A stretch of 32,000 nt of DNA. It comes from Promethearchaeota archaeon. GTDB taxonomy: Archaea; Asgardarchaeota; Lokiarchaeia; Sigyniarchaeales; Promethearchaeaceae. Each line of letters begins with the position of its first letter. Position 1 is the stretch's first letter. The stretch lies in the NCBI GenBank assembly GCA_016933055.1, contig JAFGBS010000004.1:330001-362000 (forward strand), in the 5' to 3' direction. The position numbers and the translations under genes are program-made. Below are positions 26,034 through 32,000 of the stretch, piece after piece. The notes beneath the pieces are model-generated. The model searched no databases, was not told where the DNA came from, and saw only the letters and a program-made list of their open reading frames with translations.

Positions 26034-26820
26034 TTTCCTTTCCTTGTGGTTTTTTTGCACTTAAGAAGAAATCTTCCACACATTCGAGTTCATGTAGTAT
26101 AGACGTTGGGGAATATTTATCAAATTGCCCATTAGATTTTTGAAGTTTCTCTATAATGTTTTCGATAGTGATCGGTTGAATTTGCTCGAAATAAGTTCCT
26201 AATAAATTAACGAATTCGAGTTTGTTACTGTGTTTTCTTAAAATGGAGATCCCTACTGTTCCTAAATCTTGAATTGTTCTAAAAAATTGGTATATTGCTG
26301 ATTCTGTATTTTTAATGTTCTGAAATACTGTAAAAGCTATTAAGGTGAGGTAGAACTTATTTCGAAATGGGAGGTGAGAACAGTCACAGGCTACCAAACC
26401 ACGTAAAGCAGTGTCATTTCGCAGGCTCCTTGCATGTAATAACATATTGAATGAAATATCACAAATTATCATCAAGTTATGCACAAGCGATACTGGTTTA
26501 ATCCCTGTAATTCGCATAATGTAATACGAGGTGAATTCGAGTATCTTGCGTATTTTTTCGTCTTTAACATATTCTCCCCTCCAATATAATGATAGTAAAT
26601 CGAGAAATTCCAAAAATAATCCTGTCCCTCCCCCCACATCTAAAATAGGCCCTTTAATTTCGACACTAGGTAAAGATGGGATGTGGATCAGTTTGGGTAA
26701 CATGATACCGTACTTTAAAAATTGAATAATTTGATAACGCGAATTGTAATAAATTGCGCTTTCATCATAGGCATCTCGAATTTTTTCCTCTTTTGATAAA
26801 TGCGGTTTGGGGGATTTCAT
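26014..26820 (-). CDS. Class I SAM-dependent methyltransferase
   Basis: YD...YY.RY..IQ..KY N-terminal block, motif I ILDVGGGTG, CDISFNML and CDCSHLPFR. The stop overlaps the next gene's start by 20 nt. Confidence 0.85.
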   Translation of the reverse strand: MKSPKPHLSKEEKIRDAYDESAIYYNSRYQIIQFLKYGIMLPKLIHIPSLPSVEIKGPILDVGGGTGLFLEFLDLLSLYWRGEYVKDEKIRKILEFTSYYIMRITGIKPVSLVHNLMIICDISFNMLLHARSLRNDTALRGLVACDCSHLPFRNKFYLTLIAFTVFQNIKNTESAIYQFFRTIQDLGTVGISILRKHSNKLEFVNLLGTYFEQIQPITIENIIEKLQKSNGQFDKYSPTSILHELECVEDFFLSAKKPQGKENEIIRI

Positions 26821-26930
26821 CGTGACTTTAACTCCACTACATTAACTGTTGTTAGGCAAAATTTTAATTATTAGGTACAAATTTGATAGCATACCCTTAT
26901 TGCTATTCATGGTTTTCTTGAGGTATAATA

Positions 26931-27167
26931 ATGTCAATAGATCCAAAAAATCCACTTAAAGTCCTTCATAATGCTATAAATTCCACCATCCTCATTCGAT
27001 TAAAGGATGGGATCGAATATACTGGTAGACTAAAGGTTTGCGACAATTACATGAACATGATTATTGAAGATGCAAAAGAAATGTTAGATGGAACCGTTAC
27101 TGCGAAATTCGGAGAGATTTTTATCCGTGGTAATAACATCTTATTCATAAAACCCCAAGCGGTATAA
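26931..27167 (+). CDS. Sm-like archaeal protein (Lsm/SmAP)
   Basis: GAGGT SD; Sm1 motif G-L---DNYMN and Sm2 motif IFIRGNNI. Confidence 0.96.
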   Translation: MSIDPKNPLKVLHNAINSTILIRLKDGIEYTGRLKVCDNYMNMIIEDAKEMLDGTVTAKFGEIFIRGNNILFIKPQAV

Positions 27168-27198
27168 TTTCACCCTATTAAACTGGGTGTGTATTCTA

Positions 27199-27660
27199 AT
27201 GAAGATTTTTGGGTACGGCACTTTCATCACCAGTGGTATATATCGCAAGTTTACAAAAGTTCGCTCCGCCTATCTTCTTGGATATGCTCGAATACTTAGA
27301 CCGGGAGACCTGTTCCCCTTTATTTTGCAGAAAACGCCAGAAAATCCAAATAACTCGACAGAAACGGGGAACTCGGGATTTTGGGGGTTAGTATTTGATG
27401 TCAGCCCAGAGAGATTGGAAGAGCTTGATTTTTACGAAGGGTCATTATATACTCGTATTCAAGTCAAATGTATGTATTTGGATGGAGAAACCGATGAAGT
27501 AATGGTCTACTATCCGACTGAAGAAATAATAGAACTCTACAATTTAAGAAACTACATTACGAATGATGATCCTTGGCGGGATAAAATCGTTCATAACCAT
27601 CCCGCAATTATTGAGCAGTTTCCCGAATTAGCACGATCTGAACCTCCGGGTACTTTCTAA
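27199..27660 (+). CDS. Gamma-glutamylcyclotransferase / AIG2-like protein
   Basis: IFGYGT motif and LDFYEG catalytic-Glu motif. ATG27199 is preferred over GTG27187. Confidence 0.85.
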   Translation: MKIFGYGTFITSGIYRKFTKVRSAYLLGYARILRPGDLFPFILQKTPENPNNSTETGNSGFWGLVFDVSPERLEELDFYEGSLYTRIQVKCMYLDGETDEVMVYYPTEEIIELYNLRNYITNDDPWRDKIVHNHPAIIEQFPELARSEPPGTF

Positions 27661-28865
27661 CCTTGTTTTTTGCGAAATAGATATTCGATAATAAAAAAAA
27701 CCGTAAATATACCAAGTGTAATTCCGGCGAAAACCAAAAAAGGAGTTGTTAAAGAAGATTTTCTGGCAATTCCCCCAGCAACAACAGGAGATACTATACT
27801 ACCCAGTCCGATCATACTTTCATATAATCCCGCTTTAGCTCCTTTTGCTTGAACCGCTTGGTGTAACATCAGATCAAGAGTAGATGAGTAAATGATAGCA
27901 GCAGAAATCCCGGCGAGAAGCATTAACGCGGATATGACAACGGGATGCCGGAAAAAAGCAATCCCCAAAATGCACAGCCCCATTCCCAGAAGAGAGTATA
28001 AAATTAGCTTTATTGAACTTTGGATCTGGATATAAAAATAATTAAGAATAAAAAATAGAGTTCTTCCCAGACCAAACAAAAATAAAATCAAGCCCGTAGT
28101 GGAATCCGACCACATTAAACCATTCGGATCCAATGCATAATCGACAAAATATGTATATAAAACCTTCGAGATGCCTGCATACACAAAAACAGTGACAATT
28201 AATTCCAAGTAAAGACTCCAGTGAGTGCGTTGAGATTGCCTTATGAGTGGAACTTGTTGATTTGATTTATTAGATTTCTTTTCAGATGTAGATTCCATTC
28301 GGGTTGGAAGATTCGCCAAAATCAGAAAAAATTCAACAACGTACACAACAATTACGGTGATAAAAGCACCAGGAAGAAAATAATCTGCAAAAATTCCTGC
28401 TAGGAGGGGTCCTATCATATACCCAATTGACCATGCTATGCAAAACGATAAAATATTTTTTTTATGAGCTTGATCAGATGTTAGAATGCCATCACTATAG
28501 GAGGTTTCTGATGTAAATGCTTCAATGGATGGCCAGTAAAATCCATAAAAAATTCCCAGCAGTACCTGCCCTATTATCAATAGGAGGGGAGTTCCTGCAA
28601 ATATTAAAAAATATAAGGCGATCACAAATTGACCTGAGGAAGCAATTAATAAGCTCGTTTTACGGGGAAATTTATCACCTAACCAACCTAGAACGGCGGG
28701 AGTGATAAGATATGTAAGACCGTAGGCAGCCCCGATAATTCCAATTAACAAAGGGTCATCCGTTAAGGTAACCCCATAGGCAATGGATGTAACCAATAGT
28801 AAGGAGTTCCCAAAATCTCCGAAAAACGATAGTATAAATAAAGTCCATTGAATCTTTTTTGATAT
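27657..28865 (-). CDS. MFS transporter; the reading frame is open 23 codons upstream of the track start (28796), back to ATA28865
   Basis: Motif A GWLGDKFPRK and 11-12 TM segments. The upstream in-frame stretch ISKKIQWTLFILSFFGDFGNSLLL supplies the otherwise incomplete TM1. The true start is uncertain. Confidence 0.8.
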   Translation of the reverse strand: MSKKIQWTLFILSFFGDFGNSLLLVTSIAYGVTLTDDPLLIGIIGAAYGLTYLITPAVLGWLGDKFPRKTSLLIASSGQFVIALYFLIFAGTPLLLIIGQVLLGIFYGFYWPSIEAFTSETSYSDGILTSDQAHKKNILSFCIAWSIGYMIGPLLAGIFADYFLPGAFITVIVVYVVEFFLILANLPTRMESTSEKKSNKSNQQVPLIRQSQRTHWSLYLELIVTVFVYAGISKVLYTYFVDYALDPNGLMWSDSTTGLILFLFGLGRTLFFILNYFYIQIQSSIKLILYSLLGMGLCILGIAFFRHPVVISALMLLAGISAAIIYSSTLDLMLHQAVQAKGAKAGLYESMIGLGSIVSPVVAGGIARKSSLTTPFLVFAGITLGIFTVFFIIEYLFRKKQG

Positions 28866-28878
28866 TCAGTCCAACCTC

Positions 28879-29775
28879 CTATAGATTTGTTCGGAATTTT
28901 GGATTCAGTACTAATATGTCTTGAATAATTTCATCGGGATTTGATTCTACTCCTTTCTTCTTGAAAAAAGCACAAAGGTTTGTAATATCCCGAGTAACAA
29001 GTTCTTTGGCATTGGGATGGTTCCAATCTTCCCACTGCGGCCAATCTATGATTAAAATCTGATCATCAGGATTTAGAAGGATGTTAAATTCACATAAATC
29101 CCCATGGATCACATGAGCTTCGGAAAAAAATAATTTATATTCACGAATGATTTCATTAAAATGTTGAGCGGGATTATTAAGTTCATCGAATTTACTGATT
29201 TCCTCCCCTTGAATGATACTCATTACCAGAGCATGACGATTTTGTGCTATAGGTTTAGGAGTTCTTAAATGAAGTTTATATACACGATTTAATCCTTCAT
29301 ATTCCCGTTTAGCAGAGAGTCGACTGATGTATAACCAAGATGTGTGCGTGCGATCTTCTACGTATGATCGAAATTTCCGAATATTGCGAAAACTAGTTTG
29401 TCCCAATCGGTGAAGCTTTAACGCTACTTGAATATTATCTTTGGTTAAGCAACGGTAGACATCTGATTCCTTACCTTTTCCAAGAGATGGTCCTATAGAT
29501 TCTATATGCCCTTTACTGAATAATGTATGGAGGGCAAGGACATCATATCCCTCACTATTCAAACAATAAGCAACGGAACCAACCTTATTCCTTTGCAGTA
29601 AACCAATTTTATGCACTCGATCTAAGCGATATTCTGTTTCCTCAAGATCAAATCGAGCAAAAAAAGAAATATGTTTGATGGGGACCATTTCGTGCTTTTT
29701 CATCCCTAATTCGACTGCAGCTAAAATCCGAATATCTTCTTTTTCCAATTCGTGTAAAATTTTAGCTGCTTTCAT
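28879..29775 (-). CDS. rio2: RIO2-type Ser/Thr kinase with N-terminal winged helix
   Basis: N-terminal wHTH (EDIRILAAVELGMKKHEMVP), LGKGKESDVY, KLHRLGQTSF, HGDLCEFN and IDWPQ. Confidence 0.95.
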   Translation of the reverse strand: MKAAKILHELEKEDIRILAAVELGMKKHEMVPIKHISFFARFDLEETEYRLDRVHKIGLLQRNKVGSVAYCLNSEGYDVLALHTLFSKGHIESIGPSLGKGKESDVYRCLTKDNIQVALKLHRLGQTSFRNIRKFRSYVEDRTHTSWLYISRLSAKREYEGLNRVYKLHLRTPKPIAQNRHALVMSIIQGEEISKFDELNNPAQHFNEIIREYKLFFSEAHVIHGDLCEFNILLNPDDQILIIDWPQWEDWNHPNAKELVTRDITNLCAFFKKKGVESNPDEIIQDILVLNPKFRTNL

Positions 29776-29799
29776 TCTGTCACCTAAAGTTCCGATAAC

Positions 29800-30246
29800 T
29801 TATTCGTTCAAAATCGTTACTTTTTGCATTCGGTCTCCATTTTGTAGTTTTGTAACGACTTCATTGAATCCTTCAATAACTTGACCAAAAACTGTATGAT
29901 GCCCATCTAGATGTGCCGTTTGTTCTCGGGTTAGCACAATAAAGAATTGTGATCCTCCTGTATCTTTCCCCGCATGAGCCATAGAAAGCGCTCCTGGCTT
30001 ATGAATGAGCGGATTTCCTTTAGTTTCACATTTAATAGTATATCCGGGGCCTCCCATACCCGTTCCCTCCGGACATCCTCCTTGAACTACAAATCCTGGA
30101 ATTACTCGATGGAACGTTAACCCATTATAAAATCCCTTACGTGTTAAATCTAAGAAATTTTTCACGGTTCCCGGAGCATGTTCCGGATAAAATTCAATCT
30201 TAATTATTCCCTTATTCGTTTCCATTTTTACTTGTGGATGAGACAT
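29800..30246 (-). CDS. Cyclophilin-type peptidyl-prolyl cis-trans isomerase
   Basis: [35 protein letters not shown] and [10 protein letters not shown]. Start at ATG30246 or ATG30270. Confidence 0.96.
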   Translation of the reverse strand: MSHPQVKMETNKGIIKIEFYPEHAPGTVKNFLDLTRKGFYNGLTFHRVIPGFVVQGGCPEGTGMGGPGYTIKCETKGNPLIHKPGALSMAHAGKDTGGSQFFIVLTREQTAHLDGHHTVFGQVIEGFNEVVTKLQNGDRMQKVTILNE

Positions 30247-30381
30247 AAGAATACTAAGAACCTCCCTCATTTTAATGTAAGGAAGTAATCAAAAAAGTCG
30301 CGGTTGCATCACTTGCTATTAGTTATCCCCTTGGTCGGGGAAAAAATAATATATCACTTTCCCCAATTGTAAGATAGTACC

Positions 30382-30687
30382 ATGATTCTTGAGTATTCAC
30401 GACGAAGTGATAACCGTATTGGACCTCTCATTATGGTTGCTATGGGAGTATTCCAATTCTATGTGTTTTGGTTTCTTTATTATTCGGTTGAATTGCCCAT
30501 TCTGGCTTGTATAAGTGCCTTAGTTGGAACATTCCTGCAAGTCATTGGGATGATAAGACTCTATCAAAGAGCAAAAACTTCTCAAGGAGCCACACTCATC
30601 ATTAGCTTGATAATCAGCTTAGTACTTCTATGGAGTTGGTGGATTGTATATTACTTCTTCTTAATACAACAACATATTTTTAATTGA
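30382..30687 (+). CDS. Small hypothetical membrane protein (3 TM)
   Basis: Three hydrophobic segments; the ORF fills the gap between divergent and convergent neighbours. Confidence 0.6.
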   Translation: MILEYSRRSDNRIGPLIMVAMGVFQFYVFWFLYYSVELPILACISALVGTFLQVIGMIRLYQRAKTSQGATLIISLIISLVLLWSWWIVYYFFLIQQHIFN

Positions 30688-30700
30688 TTTTACCTCTACC

Positions 30701-30895
30701 TTATTTGCAATTATAACAGAAATTGTAATCGATATTTTCATCTTGGTAATCATCCCCGCACTCCCCTCCAATGCAATAAAATTGTTTGCATTTATCGCAT
30801 CTTACTGCGCATTCTTCGCATAAAGTGGCACCACACACTGTACAGACATGCCAATTCCGACTGAAAGTAGATTTACAAATCTCACATTTCGTCAT
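30701..30895 (-). CDS. Cys-rich zinc-finger protein (12 Cys in 64 aa), FYVE-like spacing
   Basis: C4xxC7...F...H-x-C18xxC21G...C26xxC29...C33xxC36...C41x4C46...C60xxC63. The ATG directly follows the tmk TAG-TAA stops, with GGAG upstream. Confidence 0.75.
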   Translation of the reverse strand: MTKCEICKSTFSRNWHVCTVCGATLCEECAVRCDKCKQFYCIGGECGDDYQDENIDYNFCYNCK

Positions 30896-30898
30896 TTA

Positions 30899-31540
30899 CT
30901 AATCTCCCGCGGAAATAATACTTACTACGCAATCATAAATGGTATTGGCAATTTCTTTTACCGATTTCGCACCGTCTACTATTATATGTTTCTGGGATTG
31001 GGCTCGTTCAAGATATATTTTTCTTACGGAATCTAGAAAATTCACCGTTTCGAATTTTTCTAACGCAAGGGTGGGGTTTTTACGGGCTAGGGAAACCCGG
31101 GGATCAATATCGATGATGAAGGTGAGATCGGGCTGGGGAGCAAATTGATTAATTGCTAACACCCAGTTTATATCCATATGTTTAAAGGGAGAGTTTTCGA
31201 TCTTTTCTTCTAATTTTCCTTGGGCTGTCTGATAGGCAATTGATGCTTCTAAATACCTATCACTAACGACTACATATCCTTCCTCCAACTTTGGGAGAAT
31301 TTCATAATAATAATGTTCCACACGGTCAGCTGCAAATAGTAATGCATCGGTTGCGATGGGAGCGGTTTCATTCTGTAAATACTCTCGTAATAAATTTCCA
31401 ACGGGTAATTTGGAGGGTTCATGCGTAAGATGCACTTTTATTCCACATTCAATTAATTTCGCACCTAATTTTGCCGTTTGTGTAGTGGAACCACAACCAT
31501 CTATTCCATCAATGACGATGAAAACTCCTTGGTCGTCCAT
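30899..31540 (-). CDS. tmk: Thymidylate kinase
   Basis: FIVIDGIDGCGSTTQ (variant P-loop), THEP, ALLFAADR, SDRY..SIAYQ and PDLTFIID. Confidence 0.92.
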   Translation of the reverse strand: MDDQGVFIVIDGIDGCGSTTQTAKLGAKLIECGIKVHLTHEPSKLPVGNLLREYLQNETAPIATDALLFAADRVEHYYYEILPKLEEGYVVVSDRYLEASIAYQTAQGKLEEKIENSPFKHMDINWVLAINQFAPQPDLTFIIDIDPRVSLARKNPTLALEKFETVNFLDSVRKIYLERAQSQKHIIVDGAKSVKEIANTIYDCVVSIISAGD

Positions 31541-31791
31541 AAGTGATCGTGCGATTTCTTCTTTAAAAACATTATAACCAATTCATTAATCTGTCCCTAA
31601 AAGGTGCGATAGTAATAGAAAAGAATGAAGGATAATTCACTTAGGTCGAAGGAATGTATATTATTTAAAGAAACGTAGGAGGATTTTACCTTCTACCAGA
31701 GTCGAACTCGTTAATTATTTAAGCTTATATCGTTCATAAGCTGATATCGACTCTTTTTATCATTCATTCAACAAACAATTAGGTACGGATA

Positions 31792-32000
31792 ATGTCGGAG
31801 CAACCAAAATCAGAAGGCAGTTTGAAAAAACAACTGATTTCGTTGGGTATTATTGTAGTCCTTGTAGTGGGAGGATGGTATCTCTCAGCAGTAGTTTCAG
31901 AAGCGATTTTTCAAAGAGGAAAATATGTCTCCGTGGACATATTGGGTGAAACCCCTTTCTTCCCCACGGATAATACTCCGATTTCGCCCCCTAATTTTAC
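31792..32000 (+). CDS. 5' part of a hypothetical membrane-anchored protein, cut by the window edge
   Basis: From ATG31792: MSEQPKSEGSLKKQLISLGIIVVLVVGGWYLSAVVSEAIFQRG..., with one TM segment; the frame stays open to the end of the window. Confidence 0.65.
   Translation, partial: MSEQPKSEGSLKKQLISLGIIVVLVVGGWYLSAVVSEAIFQRGKYVSVDILGETPFFPTDNTPISPPNF

Noticed and set aside
7855-30246. Two cyclophilin-fold genes in one window (DUF369 and a true cyclophilin)
   Set aside because: They are 21 kb apart in unrelated operons and belong to different families; most likely coincidence.
27657-30270. Tightly packed cyclophilin-rio2-MFS run as a functional ribosome-biogenesis module
   Set aside because: Co-orientation with short gaps is the norm in this genome, and there is no known or motif-based functional link.
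30326-30364. Two mutually exclusive hairpins sharing GGGGA (TCCCC at 30326 or TTTCCCC at 30358)
   Set aside because: The stems are only 5-7 bp of homopolymer pairing in a divergent promoter gap, too weak to call a switch.
1-32000. CRISPR array, tRNA/rRNA genes, transposase or integrase
   Set aside because: By eye I found no regularly spaced direct repeats, no T-loop/cloverleaf signature and no DDE, HUH or tyrosine-recombinase motifs; dedicated tools were not run.

Overview
A gene-dense, AT-rich archaeal chromosomal segment, most likely from an Asgard archaeon of the Lokiarchaeia (Promethearchaeota). Support for this assignment comes from an archaeal histone, aEF-1beta, an Sm-like protein, RIO2, a C-terminal IPGY+TM (Loki-CTERM-like) sorting signal and a gelsolin-like domain. 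The assignment is inferred from protein motifs, not from a marker search. Contents in order: a DUF1610 zinc ribbon; a histone in one open frame with EF-1beta; mutL; a HAD hydrolase; a serine-palmitoyltransferase-like PLP enzyme; mutS; DUF369; an accessory block (MFS transporter, decayed FAD oxidoreductase, membrane-tethered esterase, HGSNAT-like acyltransferase); a MacB/LolCDE-type ABC system flanked by two surface proteins; a four-subunit 2-oxoacid:ferredoxin oxidoreductase operon; an AhpD-like protein; a repeat-containing two-anchor surface protein; a gelsolin-domain 4-TM membrane protein overlapping a SAM methyltransferase; Lsm; GGCT; MFS; RIO2; cyclophilin; a 12-Cys FYVE-like zinc finger; thymidylate kinase; and a truncated ORF at the right edge. 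I saw no rRNA, tRNA, CRISPR array or intact mobile element. The strongest leads are (1) a gelsolin-like domain fused to four TM helices, a candidate membrane anchor for the Asgard actin cytoskeleton, (2) the histone::EF-1beta fusion, which is one base away from being two genes and needs read-level checking, and (3) an SPT-type enzyme suggesting sphingoid-base synthesis in an archaeon. All family calls come from recognising motifs by eye; no database search was run.
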